From assembly GCA_964291625.2 (NCBI GenBank), contig OZ220089.1, positions 4,288,001-4,352,000 of the forward strand: DNA of 64,000 bases, given 5' to 3'. Under the pieces are notes generated by a model. That model was not told the origin of the DNA, searched no databases, and saw only the letters and a list, made by a program, of their open reading frames with translations. Positions within the stretch are counted from its first letter, which is position 1, and every line of letters begins with the position of its first letter. Both the position numbers and the translations under genes were made by a program. This document shows, one piece after another, positions 17,846-27,385 of the stretch. Source of the stretch: Candidatus Latescibacterota bacterium (GTDB lineage: Bacteria; Latescibacterota; UBA2968; UBA8231).

Positions 17846-19030
17846 TCAGCCGCCGGCCGCCGCCGGGGCGGCGCGGCCGGCCTTCTCGTGGATCATGCGG
17901 CAGATGCGCGTCAGCCCCTCGCGGATGTTCTCCTCCGGCGAGGCGATGGAGATGCGCACGTGGTCGGCGCAGACCCGGCCGAAGGTGTCGCCCGGGGCGA
18001 CGGCCACCTTGTGGCGCTCGATCAGCTCCAGGCAGAAGTCCCGCGAGGCCATGCCCGAGTCGGAGATGTCGACGAGCAGGTAGAAGGCGCCGCCCGGGGT
18101 GTAGCGGTAGAGGCCGTGGTCGCGCAGCACCCGCAGGGCCAGATCCCGGCGGCGCTCGTAGGCACCCCGCATCTCGCGAACGCAGTCCTGGGGACCCTCC
18201 AGGGCCTCGACGGCGGCCATCTGGGCGAAGCCGACGCCGCACGAGACCAGGGGCTCCTGGAGCTTGCTGGCCATCTCGATGTAGTCCGGCCGGGCCCGGG
18301 TGAAGCCGACGCGGAAGCCGGTCATGGCGTAGCTCTTCGACATGCCGGTGACGAGGACCACCCGTTCGTCCGGGTCGTGGCTGGCGCAGCTCACGTGATC
18401 GGCGCCGTCGAAGACGATCTCCGAGTAGATCTCGTCCGACAGCACCCACAGGTCGTGGCGGCGGGCCACCTCCATCAGGGCCTGGGTGACCTCGCGGCCG
18501 TGGACCTGCCCCGTCGGGTTGGAGGGGCTGCACAGCAGCAGCAGCTTGGTCCGCGGCGTGATCAGCGACTCCACGTGCTCCGGGTCGGGCAGGAAGTGCC
18601 GCTCGGGCCGCAGCTCGTAGAACACGTTGCGGCCGTGGAAGAGGGGCACGGCCATGGCGTAGTTCGGCCACCCGGGGTCGGGCAGCAGCACCTCGTCTTC
18701 GGGGTCGAGGAGGGAGAGGAAGGCGGTGGCGACGCTGAGCACGGCGCCCTGGGTGACGAGGATGTGCTCCGCCGTGGTGGGCACGCCCGTGCGGCCCTCC
18801 ACGCAGCGGGCGGCGGCGGCGCGCAGGGCGTCGATCCCCGAGTTCGGCACGTAGCGGGTGTGGCCCTCGCGGGCGGCGCGGGCGGCGGCCTCGACCACGT
18901 GGGGCGGCGTGTCGAAGTCGGGCTGGCCGACCTCGAGGTGGATGACCCCCGGCGTCGCCCAGGCCAGCTCCATGATCTCGCGGATGCCGGAGCGGGGGAT
19001 CCCCGCCGGGGCCGCGGCGTACGGTTTCAC
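17846..19030 (-). CDS. Class I/II PLP-dependent aminotransferase (aspartate aminotransferase-like)
   Basis: GQPDFDTP, PSNPTG, SDEIY, SKSYAMTGFRVG. Confidence 0.93.
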   Translation of the reverse strand: MKPYAAAPAGIPRSGIREIMELAWATPGVIHLEVGQPDFDTPPHVVEAAARAAREGHTRYVPNSGIDALRAAAARCVEGRTGVPTTAEHILVTQGAVLSVATAFLSLLDPEDEVLLPDPGWPNYAMAVPLFHGRNVFYELRPERHFLPDPEHVESLITPRTKLLLLCSPSNPTGQVHGREVTQALMEVARRHDLWVLSDEIYSEIVFDGADHVSCASHDPDERVVLVTGMSKSYAMTGFRVGFTRARPDYIEMASKLQEPLVSCGVGFAQMAAVEALEGPQDCVREMRGAYERRRDLALRVLRDHGLYRYTPGGAFYLLVDISDSGMASRDFCLELIERHKVAVAPGDTFGRVCADHVRISIASPEENIREGLTRICRMIHEKAGRAAPAAAGG

Positions 19031-19037
19031 CGGGCCG

Positions 19038-19835
19038 CTATCTCAGGTGGATGCCCGGGCCGGTGGAGCCGATCATCTGCACGGTGTTGTAGATCGAGGC
19101 CGGGGTGCTGGCGCCGGTGACGCCGGTGATGCCCTCGGTGCGCTCCACGTTCAGCTCCAGCCCGGGGCCGCGGGCCTCGATGGCGACGATGGCCGTGTCC
19201 CACTCGGGATTGACCAGCAGCACCGAGTGGGTGCGGTCGAAGCCGATGCCGGCGTAGGCGATGGCGGCGTGGGTGTTGACGTTGCGGGGGAACTTGGGGC
19301 AGATGCCGCGGGTGGGGCCGTCGTAGAGGCAGGTCTCCTCGGTGATGCTGTCGGGGTCGAGGCCGACGGCGGCGCAGTCCACGTTCTTCGGCGGCTTCTT
19401 CATGATGACGTCGACGCTCTCCCACACGCCGCGGTTCTCCAGCAGGGCGTCCATGCCGACGACGCCGCCGTGGGGCACGAAGGCGCGGGTCCCGTGCTTT
19501 GCCGTGGCTTCCTCGATGGACGTCTCGAGCTCGCGGTCGGCCAGGGCCGTCACCGAGATGAACATGTAGTCCGTCTTCTCCAGGATCCTCGTCCCCCACT
19601 CCCGGGTCACGGCGGGATGGGCCATCTCCACCACCAGGTCGGGGCCGCGCTCCTCGAAGCGCGACAGGTCCTCCAGGGCCAGGCCCTCGGGCAGGTCCGC
19701 CAGCCGCGAGCCATCCTGGTCGTGGATGAAGACGATCTCCATGCCGTTGCCGCTGTCGGCGTCGATCATGTCGCGCACCGCGGATCCGATCTGGCCGTAA
19801 CCGATCAGGCCGATGCGTGTCGTGCTCTTTGCCAT
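19038..19835 (-). CDS. nadX: L-aspartate dehydrogenase-like protein (DUF108)
   Basis: IGLIGYGQIG Rossmann motif, LVVEMAHP, KKPP, FPRNVNTHAA. Confidence 0.8.
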   Translation of the reverse strand: MAKSTTRIGLIGYGQIGSAVRDMIDADSGNGMEIVFIHDQDGSRLADLPEGLALEDLSRFEERGPDLVVEMAHPAVTREWGTRILEKTDYMFISVTALADRELETSIEEATAKHGTRAFVPHGGVVGMDALLENRGVWESVDVIMKKPPKNVDCAAVGLDPDSITEETCLYDGPTRGICPKFPRNVNTHAAIAYAGIGFDRTHSVLLVNPEWDTAIVAIEARGPGLELNVERTEGITGVTGASTPASIYNTVQMIGSTGPGIHLR

Positions 19836-19939
19836 TGGGGGATCTCCTTGGGGTCGGGAAGGGGGCGGGAATATACGGGCGCCTCGCGGGGAGCGTCGAG
19901 GCAGGGCGCGTCCGGGAAGGGCGTGGTCTCCGCCGTGGG

Positions 19940-22567
19940 CTAGCTCTCGGTGCCGGGCTCCTCCTCGTCCGGGGGATCCTCCGCCCTGCGCCCGGCCAGG
20001 TGCGCCACCCAGATGCTGATCTCGTAGAGGAGCATCAGGGGCAGGGCCATCATCACCTGCGAGAGCGGATCGGGGGGCGTGAACACGGCGGCCACGAGGA
20101 AGACGGCCACCACCCCGTAGCGCCGCACGCGGCGAAGGGTGTCGGCCGTGATCAGCCCGAGGCGGGCCAGGAAGAGGCTGACCACGGGCATCTCGAAGAC
20201 GAGGCCGAACCCGAAGAGGAGGCGGAGCACGAAGCCGATGTACTCGTCCACCGCCCACTGGGAGGTCATGTCCTTGGGCTCCAGGCTCAGGAAGAACCTG
20301 AGGCCGATGGGCAGCACGATGCTGTGGGCCACGGCGGCGCCGGCGGCGAAGCAGCCGACGCTCATGGTCATCAGGGGCACGAAGAGGCGTCTCTCCGTGT
20401 CCAGCAGGCCGGGGGCCACGAACCGCCAGAACTGGTAGAACACCACCGGCAGGGCGAGGAGGAACCCGCCGAGGAGGGAGACCTGGAGGTAGACGAAGAA
20501 CCAGGTCATCACCCGCAGCGACTGCAGCTGGCTTCCGTACGGCACGGCGGGCTCGGTGGCGGTCTCGATGGGCGGCTCCTCCACCTCGACGCCGCGCAGG
20601 TCCGTCAACCACCCCCGGATCGCCTCCACCACCCCCGGCGAGCCCTGTTCCTTCAGGCTGAGGACGGCCTGCTCGTAGGGCTGCACCAGCAGGCCGAGGA
20701 GGGGCTCCACGAAGAGGAAGCAGATGCAGGTGCCGGCGAGCACGGCTCCCAGGGCCTTGAGGAGGCGCCAGCGCAGCTCCTCCAGATGATCGAGGAAGGG
20801 CATCTCCCCCTCCCCCGGGGGGTCGTCCGGCCCTCCTCCTCCATCCGCCCCGCCGGCTCCGGCGGCCGCCCCCGCATCGGGTGGATCGGCCCCCACGGGG
20901 TCCGGCGGCTCCCCTGACGCTCCCCGGGCTCCTGACGTCTCGCGCGCGGCTTCGGCCGGGTGCGGGTCCCCGGGCGGCTGCGGCCCGGCCGCACCTTCCG
21001 GAACGCCGGCCCTCCCCGGCCGCCGGGCTCTCCACCAGGCGCCGGCCACGAGCAGGACCGCGAGCAGCAGGTTGGTCACGGCGAACCAGTCGCCGAACCG
21101 GGTGTACACCGTCGGCGAGCGCCGGGTGCCCACGACCTCGGTGCGCACGTCGGCGGTGCCGAGCTCCGTGCGTTGGCGCGTGCGCCCGTAGCGGTCGACG
21201 AAGAGGGAGATGCCGCTGGTGGCGCAGCGGGCGATGGCGACGCGGTTCTCCACGGCCCGCAGCACGGCCAGCTCGGCGTGCTGATAGGGGCCGGCGGTGG
21301 GCCCGAACCACGAGTCGTTGGTGATGTTGACGAGGAAGTCGGCGCCCTCCCGCACCGACTGGCGCACGAAGTCGGGGAAGACCGACTCGAAGCAGATGAG
21401 GAGGGCGAAGCGCGACGAGTCCGGACCCGCGGTGAACAGCGTGCGCCTGCGCCCCCGGGCGAACTCCGCCGGCGCCAGGTCTCCCGTCAGCGCCGACCAG
21501 TCGATGTTGCGCACCAGCGGCAGGCGGTCGCGCAGGGGTGTGCGCTCTCCGAAGGGCACCAGGTGCATCTTGGCGTACGCCGGCACCTCCTCCCGCCCGG
21601 GAGAGAGCAGGAAGGCGGCGTTGAGGGGCTCGCCGGTGGCCGCGTCGGTGCCGGGGGCGCCGGTGAGGATCGGCGTCCCGAGGTCGTCGGCCAGGGCCTG
21701 CATCCGCCGGCGGCAGTCGGCCCGCCGGTCGAGGTTGCAGGGAAGGGCGGTCTCCGGCCAGACGATCAGGCCGGGCCTCTCCGCGCGGCGGCTGAGGGAG
21801 TCGAGGGAGGCGAAGCTGGCCTCGAGCCCCCCCGGCCGCCACTTCTCCAGGCCGAGGTTGTTCTGCACCACGGCCACCCGCAGGCCCGTCCCGTCCGCGG
21901 GGCCGAGGACGAGGACCCCGTGCAGGGCGGCCAGGGCGGGCACGGCGGCGGCGGCGATCAGGGCGCGTGCGCGGTCCCGGCCCCCGGAGGACAGGGCCAG
22001 GGCCAGCAGGGCCCCCGCCAAGGCCGCGGCGAAGGAGACGCCGAAGACGCCGGTGTGCTCGGCGTACTGGACGACGGCGGGCCACGGGGCCTGGCTGTGA
22101 CCCAGCAGCAGCCAGGGGAAGCCGAGCTCGCCCACCGACTGCAGGTACTCCATGGCCGTCCACAGGACGGGGGCGGCCAGCAGCGTCCGGGGCCCATGGC
22201 GGCGGCACAGGCTCGCCTGGGCCATGGCGAAGAGCCCCGTGAATACGGCCAGGTAGACGGCCATCAGCCCGGTGCCGCCGACCACGGCCGGACCGCCGCC
22301 CCGGGTGTGGGCGACCCAGTAGAGACTCGCGAGGTAGAAGACGAAGCCCGCCGCCCAGCCAAGGCGGAAGGCCGCGGCCGGGCGCGGCCCCCCGGCGAGG
22401 AGGTGCAGCAGCGGCGCCAGGGCGATCCAGGCCCAGGCCGGGCCGTAGGCGAGGGCGGCCGGGTTCTCCGGGTGACAGGGGAAGGCGAGGGCCAGCAGGA
22501 GGCCCGAGAGGACGGCCCGCGGCCAGGGCCCCCCGAGCTGGCGCGAGAGAGAGGGCGGGAAGGTCAT
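19940..22567 (-). CDS. lnt-tatC: Apolipoprotein N-acyltransferase fused in frame to TatC
   Basis: Lnt triad motifs WPETA, YAKMHLVPFGE and LICFES; Pro/Gly/Ala linker; TatC motifs MPFLDHLEELR (from 20803), FVAPGL, FEMPV and TPPDPLSQ; no stop codon between them. Confidence 0.85.
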   Translation of the reverse strand: MTFPPSLSRQLGGPWPRAVLSGLLLALAFPCHPENPAALAYGPAWAWIALAPLLHLLAGGPRPAAAFRLGWAAGFVFYLASLYWVAHTRGGGPAVVGGTGLMAVYLAVFTGLFAMAQASLCRRHGPRTLLAAPVLWTAMEYLQSVGELGFPWLLLGHSQAPWPAVVQYAEHTGVFGVSFAAALAGALLALALSSGGRDRARALIAAAAVPALAALHGVLVLGPADGTGLRVAVVQNNLGLEKWRPGGLEASFASLDSLSRRAERPGLIVWPETALPCNLDRRADCRRRMQALADDLGTPILTGAPGTDAATGEPLNAAFLLSPGREEVPAYAKMHLVPFGERTPLRDRLPLVRNIDWSALTGDLAPAEFARGRRRTLFTAGPDSSRFALLICFESVFPDFVRQSVREGADFLVNITNDSWFGPTAGPYQHAELAVLRAVENRVAIARCATSGISLFVDRYGRTRQRTELGTADVRTEVVGTRRSPTVYTRFGDWFAVTNLLLAVLLVAGAWWRARRPGRAGVPEGAAGPQPPGDPHPAEAARETSGARGASGEPPDPVGADPPDAGAAAGAGGADGGGGPDDPPGEGEMPFLDHLEELRWRLLKALGAVLAGTCICFLFVEPLLGLLVQPYEQAVLSLKEQGSPGVVEAIRGWLTDLRGVEVEEPPIETATEPAVPYGSQLQSLRVMTWFFVYLQVSLLGGFLLALPVVFYQFWRFVAPGLLDTERRLFVPLMTMSVGCFAAGAAVAHSIVLPIGLRFFLSLEPKDMTSQWAVDEYIGFVLRLLFGFGLVFEMPVVSLFLARLGLITADTLRRVRRYGVVAVFLVAAVFTPPDPLSQVMMALPLMLLYEISIWVAHLAGRRAEDPPDEEEPGTES

Positions 22568-22737
22568 CGGGTGGGAATATAGGCCCGCCCTGTGGCCCGC
22601 GGCCGGCGGTGGCACGCCCTGTGCGGGGCATGGTACTCGGGGCGGGCCGGAACAGGGGAAGCCGCCCTCCGGCGTGTGCCTCGGCACACATGGCCGTGTG
22701 CTTCCGTGCACGTACTCATGGGCCCAGGGGGGGACCG

Positions 22738-23454
22738 ATGTCAGAGCTCTACGCGAACGATCCGGGCCGGGCGCCCGGCGACGGCGGCGATGGGGACGCC
22801 GGGCATCCCGAGGACCTGCCGCGGGAGCGCCTCAACCGCTTCGGGCCGGAGGGCCTGCGCGACCACGAGCTGCTGGCGGTGGTGCTCGGCACCGGCTACC
22901 GGGGCCGGAGCGTGCTCGAGGTGGCGCGCACCATCTGCGATCGCCACGGCGTCGAGGAGCTCGTCGCCATGGAGGCGGGACAGCTGTGCCGCCTCAAGGG
23001 CATCGGCCGGGTCAAGGCGGGGGTCCTGGTGGCCGGCTTCGAGCTGGCCCGGCGGGGCCTGCACAAGGGTCTGGGGGTGCAGCCCATCGTCTCCTGCCCA
23101 GCCGATACCCTGCCGCTGCTCACCGAGCTGAAGGACCAGCGGCGCGAGCACTTCCTCTGTCTCTATCTCAACGCCCGCAACCAGGTGGTCCACAAGGAGC
23201 TGATCTCCATCGGTTCCCTGTCGGCGTCGATCGTCCATCCCCGCGAGGTCTTCCAGGTGGCGGTGACCCGGGCGGCGGCGAGCATCATCCTCGCCCACAA
23301 CCATCCATCGGGCGACGTGACGCCGAGCAAGGAGGACGTCGAGCTCACCCGGCGCATGGTCGAGGCCGGGGGCATCATGGGCATCGACATCCTCGATCAC
23401 ATCATCCTCAGCGAAAGTGATTTCCTCAGTCTCAAGGAGCGTGGACTGATGTGA
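22738..23454 (+). CDS. radC: RadC/JAB-domain protein
   Basis: PRERL, GIGRVKA, SIVHPREVF, AHNHPSGDVTPSKED, LDHII. Confidence 0.95.
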   Translation: MSELYANDPGRAPGDGGDGDAGHPEDLPRERLNRFGPEGLRDHELLAVVLGTGYRGRSVLEVARTICDRHGVEELVAMEAGQLCRLKGIGRVKAGVLVAGFELARRGLHKGLGVQPIVSCPADTLPLLTELKDQRREHFLCLYLNARNQVVHKELISIGSLSASIVHPREVFQVAVTRAAASIILAHNHPSGDVTPSKEDVELTRRMVEAGGIMGIDILDHIILSESDFLSLKERGLM

Positions 23455-23538
23455 TCGACCGGTCCTCATCGTTCTTGATTCTGCCTATCGAGCGGGTATA
23501 TTTGGTGCCGTCGCGGCGGTGACGCCGCGCTCCTTCCG

Positions 23539-24231
23539 ATGAAGAAAACCAAGAACGACCACCTCATACCGGTTCGGATCTGGCGCATCTACTCGGTGCC
23601 CGACGTGACGCCGCCCGAGAGCCTCATCGTCGTGCTCAAGGGTGAGGAGAGCCGCTTCGTCCCCATCTCCATCGGCTGTCCCGAGGGCCGCTACCTGGTG
23701 ATGGCCATGCAGGACGTCTCCTTCCCCCGCCCCCTGACCCACAACCTGCTGCAGAACCTGCTGGAGAAGGTCAAGGGCAAGGTCCACCAGCTCGTCATCC
23801 ACACCCTGAAGGACGAGACCTTCCACGCCTACCTGCTGATCCAGACCCAGGACGAGGTGTTCTACCTCGACTGCCGCCCGAGCGACGGCATGATCCTGAC
23901 CACCCTCATGGGCATCCCCATCTACATGAGCCCCGAGGTGATGGAAGAGGCGGGCCGGCAGTTGAGCGTGCTCAACATCGACGAGCTCGAAGAGCTCTCC
24001 GGAGCGGCGGCCCCGGGGGAGGAGTCGGAGGACGAAGAGCCGGCCCCGGCCTCGCAGGCACTCGCCGGCGCCGCCGGAACTCCCCCCGCGACCGCCGCCC
24101 CGGCGGAGGAGCCGACCGAGCTCGACAGCCTCAAGGCGCAGCTCGACCGCCTGGTGGCCGAGGAGGCCTACGAGGAGGCGGCCCGCCTCCGCGACCAGAT
24201 CAGCGAGCTGGAGCAGGGCTCCCGCGACTGA
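23539..24231 (+). CDS. Bifunctional nuclease family (DUF151) with C-terminal UVR domain
   Basis: PISIG, PRPLTHNL, DCRPSDG; C-terminal EEAYEEAARLRDQI. Confidence 0.9.
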   Translation: MKKTKNDHLIPVRIWRIYSVPDVTPPESLIVVLKGEESRFVPISIGCPEGRYLVMAMQDVSFPRPLTHNLLQNLLEKVKGKVHQLVIHTLKDETFHAYLLIQTQDEVFYLDCRPSDGMILTTLMGIPIYMSPEVMEEAGRQLSVLNIDELEELSGAAAPGEESEDEEPAPASQALAGAAGTPPATAAPAEEPTELDSLKAQLDRLVAEEAYEEAARLRDQISELEQGSRD

Positions 24232-24259
24232 GCCTCCGCCTCCGCTCCACCGCTTCGAG

Positions 24260-24292
24260 AGCCCCTTCCAGCTTCCTGGGAGCGGGCTTTTC
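24260..24292. terminator. Possible hairpin terminator between convergent genes
   Basis: AGCCC-CTTCCAG-CTTC-CTGGGAG-C-GGGCT followed by a short T run. Confidence 0.35.
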
Positions 24293-25240
24293 TCATGGCC
24301 GCCGCCGGGCCAGCTCCCAGGCGCGGCCAGGCTCCTCGACGCGGAAGACCTCGACGTTGCCCCGGTCCTGCAGGGTGACGTAGCAGGTCCTGCCGTCGGG
24401 GCCGCCGAAGGCGAGATTGCTCGGCCTCTCCCCGGTGAGCGCCACCTCCCGCAGCAGCTCGCCCCGCGGCGAGAGCTTGGCGATGGTGCCCTTGCCGTAG
24501 CGGGTGACGTAGAGGTTCCCGGCCGCGTCGCAGCGCATGCCGTCCAGGCCGTGGTCCGCAAAACGGACGAGGAGGCGCCGGTTGGCCAGGGTGCCGTCCT
24601 CCTCCAGGTCGAAGGCCCACACGCGGCGCTGCACCGACTCGTTCACGTACAGGGTGCGGTCCCCGGGGCCGACCTCGATGCCGTTGGTGGTGCCCATGGC
24701 GGCCAGCACCCGGGTCACCTCGCCGTCCGGGTCGATGCGCCACACCCGGCCCGAGGCCCCGCGCCAGTCCGGATCGCTGGCGTAGATCACGTCGGCCGCG
24801 GTGACGGCGATGTCGTTGGGCTGGTGGAAGGCCGGCTCGTGGGCCAGGACCTCGACGGCGAGGGTCGCCATGTCGACGCGGAGCACGTTGTGGCCCGTGT
24901 AGTCGGCCACCAGCAGGCGTCCCCGGCGATCGAAGCGGAGGCCGTTGCCGGTGCTGCCCGGCGGCAGTTGCAGGAAGAGGCCCGCCTCGCCGCCGGGCGT
25001 CACCCGGCCGATGGTGCCGCGGCGGCCGTAGTTGACGGCGTAGAGGTTGCCGGCGCCGTCACAGACAGGCCCCTCGATGCCGCCGGTGAACACGCCGGGA
25101 GGCACCAGGACCCGGCTGACGTAGAGTTCCTCGCTCGCGGACTCGCCGGTCTGCGCCGCGGGACCGCACCCCTGGTTGCAGATCAGGAGGAGGGCGGGTA
25201 AGATTGCGGAACCCCAAGACCAGAGAGGAGAACGTGTCAT
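24293..25240 (-). CDS. SMP-30/gluconolactonase family beta-propeller
   Basis: GIEGP, GNGL, QPNDI, TNGIEV, DGMRCDAAGNLYV, SNLAFGG; start uncertain. Confidence 0.88.
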   Translation of the reverse strand: MTRSPLWSWGSAILPALLLICNQGCGPAAQTGESASEELYVSRVLVPPGVFTGGIEGPVCDGAGNLYAVNYGRRGTIGRVTPGGEAGLFLQLPPGSTGNGLRFDRRGRLLVADYTGHNVLRVDMATLAVEVLAHEPAFHQPNDIAVTAADVIYASDPDWRGASGRVWRIDPDGEVTRVLAAMGTTNGIEVGPGDRTLYVNESVQRRVWAFDLEEDGTLANRRLLVRFADHGLDGMRCDAAGNLYVTRYGKGTIAKLSPRGELLREVALTGERPSNLAFGGPDGRTCYVTLQDRGNVEVFRVEEPGRAWELARRRP

Positions 25241-25688
25241 GTCCAGGCTTGCCATCCTTTGTGCGGCCCTCTTCATCGGCGCCGCCGGCGTGTACGGCCA
25301 TTGCGAGATCCCCTGCGGCATCTACGGAGACGACCTGCGTTTCGCCGCCCTCGACGAGGACATCCGCACGGTGGAGAAGTCGATGCGGCAGATCGCGGAA
25401 CTCTCCGCCGATCCGGGGGCCAACGCCAACCAGATCGCCCGCTGGGTGATCAACAAGGAGGTCCACGCCGACCGCATCCGCGAGACCGTGGCCCAGTACT
25501 TCCTCGCCCAGCGCATCAAGCTGCCCGACGAGGGCGCCGCCGCCGCCGTCGAGGCCTACCGCGATCAGCTCGCGCGGCTCCACAAGCTGATCGTCCACGC
25601 CATGAAGAGCAAGCAGACCACCGACCTGGCCCACCCGGCCGCTCTCCGGGAGACGCTGAAGGCCTTCCGCGAGGCCTACGAGGGCTGA
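25239..25688 (+). CDS. sodN: Nickel superoxide dismutase precursor
   Basis: Ni-hook HCEIPCGIY after a 20-aa hydrophobic leader; NQIARWVINKEVHA, YFLAQRIK. Confidence 0.93.
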   Translation: MSRLAILCAALFIGAAGVYGHCEIPCGIYGDDLRFAALDEDIRTVEKSMRQIAELSADPGANANQIARWVINKEVHADRIRETVAQYFLAQRIKLPDEGAAAAVEAYRDQLARLHKLIVHAMKSKQTTDLAHPAALRETLKAFREAYEG

Positions 25689-25701
25689 CGGCTTGGGAGC
25701 C

Positions 25702-26430
25702 GTGAGAGGCTCGGCCTCGGCGTTGTTCCTGCTGGCGGCGGGGCTGCTCGCCTGCCGCCCCGACCCGGGCGCGCCGGGGATCCCGGCCGACTCCTGGGAG
25801 GGGCCGCGCCGGGAGATGGTGCGCACCCAGCTGAAGGCTCGCGACATCACCGACGAGGCGGTGCTCGCGGTCATGGAGCGGGTGCCCCGGCACCTCTTCG
25901 TCCCGGAGTCGGAGCGCTTCCGCGCCTATGCCGACCACCCGCTGCCCATCGGTCTGCGGCAGACGATCTCCCAGCCCTACATCGTCGCCTACATGACCCA
26001 GGCCCTCCAGGTCGAGGAGGGCGACCGCGTCCTCGAGATCGGCACCGGCTCCGGGTACCAGGCGGCCGTCCTCTCCCATCTCGCCGCCGAGGTCTACAGC
26101 ATCGAGATCCTGCCCGACCTCGCCGAGCAGGCCGCGGAGCGGCTCTCGGTCCTCGGGTACGACAACGTTCGGGTGCGCGCCGGGGACGGCTACTTCGGGT
26201 GGCCGGAGCACGCCCCCTTCGACGGGATCATGGTCACGGCGGCGCCCGACCACGTGCCGCCCCGGCTGGTGGAGCAGCTGGCTCCGGGGGGCCGGCTGGT
26301 GATGCCGGTGGGCGAGAGGTACCAGGAGTTGATCCGCATCACCCGTGGCGAGGGCGAGGAGACCGCCCTCGAGCGTCTGCTGCCGGTGCGTTTCGTGCCG
26401 ATGACGGGGCGCGCCGAGGAGGGCCCCTGA
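25702..26430 (+). CDS. pcm: Protein-L-isoaspartate O-methyltransferase
   Basis: VPRHLFVP, QTISQPYIVA, VLEIGTGSGYQAA, VRFVPM; N-terminal LLAC lipobox-like signal. Confidence 0.95.
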   Translation: MRGSASALFLLAAGLLACRPDPGAPGIPADSWEGPRREMVRTQLKARDITDEAVLAVMERVPRHLFVPESERFRAYADHPLPIGLRQTISQPYIVAYMTQALQVEEGDRVLEIGTGSGYQAAVLSHLAAEVYSIEILPDLAEQAAERLSVLGYDNVRVRAGDGYFGWPEHAPFDGIMVTAAPDHVPPRLVEQLAPGGRLVMPVGERYQELIRITRGEGEETALERLLPVRFVPMTGRAEEGP

Positions 26431-26447
26431 CCGCCGGCGCCTGGCGC

Positions 26448-27380
26448 CTAGATCCGGCCCCTCAGGCTCAGACGGTGGATCTCGCCGAGAGCGGGCAGGG
26501 TGGAGTAGGCGTAGTCGACCCGCAGGTTCCTCATCTCGAAACCGCCGCCGCCGGCGAGGCCGAGGGCTTCGTCGCCCTCCTGCCGGAGGCTGTAGCCCGG
26601 GCGCAGGTAGAGCCCGCCGCCCAGCTTCAGCTCGGCTCCGAGAGTGACGTAGGGGTCGTTGTCGTTGGGCACGGTGAAGTCGACGGAGAGCATGAGGGGG
26701 ATGGGGAAGTGGGCGGGGTGATGGCTGACGCCGGCGCGCATCAGGACGGGCAGGGCGTCCACGTAACCTTCGGTGAAGCCGCTGCGCACCGACCCGAGGT
26801 TGGAGATGGAGCCGCCGAAGGTCATTCCCGCCACCGGCCCGCGGATGAGAAAGCCGAGGTCGACGGCCCAGGCGTCGGAGGCGTAGTCGTGGATGCCGGA
26901 GTAGATCCACTTGGCGCTGCCTCCGAGGGTGAGGCGGTCCTGCCAGACCTTCTGGGCCGCGGTCACGGCGGTGGCCATGTCGAAGGCGGCGAAGGTGCCC
27001 AGGTCCTGGCCGTCCTCGTCGGTGTGCGCCATCTCGCCGTAGGTGACGTAGTTGGCGCTCAGCGCCCACATCCGAGGCCCCTCCGGCAGGCCCACGGCGA
27101 GGAACCCGGCCTGCGTGTCGATGACGTAGCGGGTGAGGGAGACCGCCGCCGAGCGGGCCTGCACGCCGAAGACCCCGGCCGGGTTCCAGGCCGCGGACTC
27201 GAGGTCGCCGGGGACGGCGGTGAAGGCGCCCCCGAGGGCGGCGGCTCTCGCGCCGACGCCGATCTTGAGGAAGCTGAACCCGGCGGTGCCGGCGTTCTCG
27301 TTGATGGCCGCCGCCGGGGCGGCGAGGAGCCCCGCCACCAGGGCGAGGCGCAGGGCGGTGGAGGACATGGCGGACTCCAT
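26448..27380 (-). CDS. PorV/PorQ (UPF0164)-type outer membrane beta-barrel protein
   Basis: Signal peptide, FLKIGVGARAAALGGAF, WNPAG, C-terminal VDYAY..LGEIHRLSL. Confidence 0.85.
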   Translation of the reverse strand: MESAMSSTALRLALVAGLLAAPAAAINENAGTAGFSFLKIGVGARAAALGGAFTAVPGDLESAAWNPAGVFGVQARSAAVSLTRYVIDTQAGFLAVGLPEGPRMWALSANYVTYGEMAHTDEDGQDLGTFAAFDMATAVTAAQKVWQDRLTLGGSAKWIYSGIHDYASDAWAVDLGFLIRGPVAGMTFGGSISNLGSVRSGFTEGYVDALPVLMRAGVSHHPAHFPIPLMLSVDFTVPNDNDPYVTLGAELKLGGGLYLRPGYSLRQEGDEALGLAGGGGFEMRNLRVDYAYSTLPALGEIHRLSLRGRI

Positions 27381-27385
27381 GGTCG

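Noticed and set aside
22738-23454. radC as a marker of a mobile element
   Set aside because: Full-length chromosomal-type RadC among housekeeping genes with host-like codon usage.
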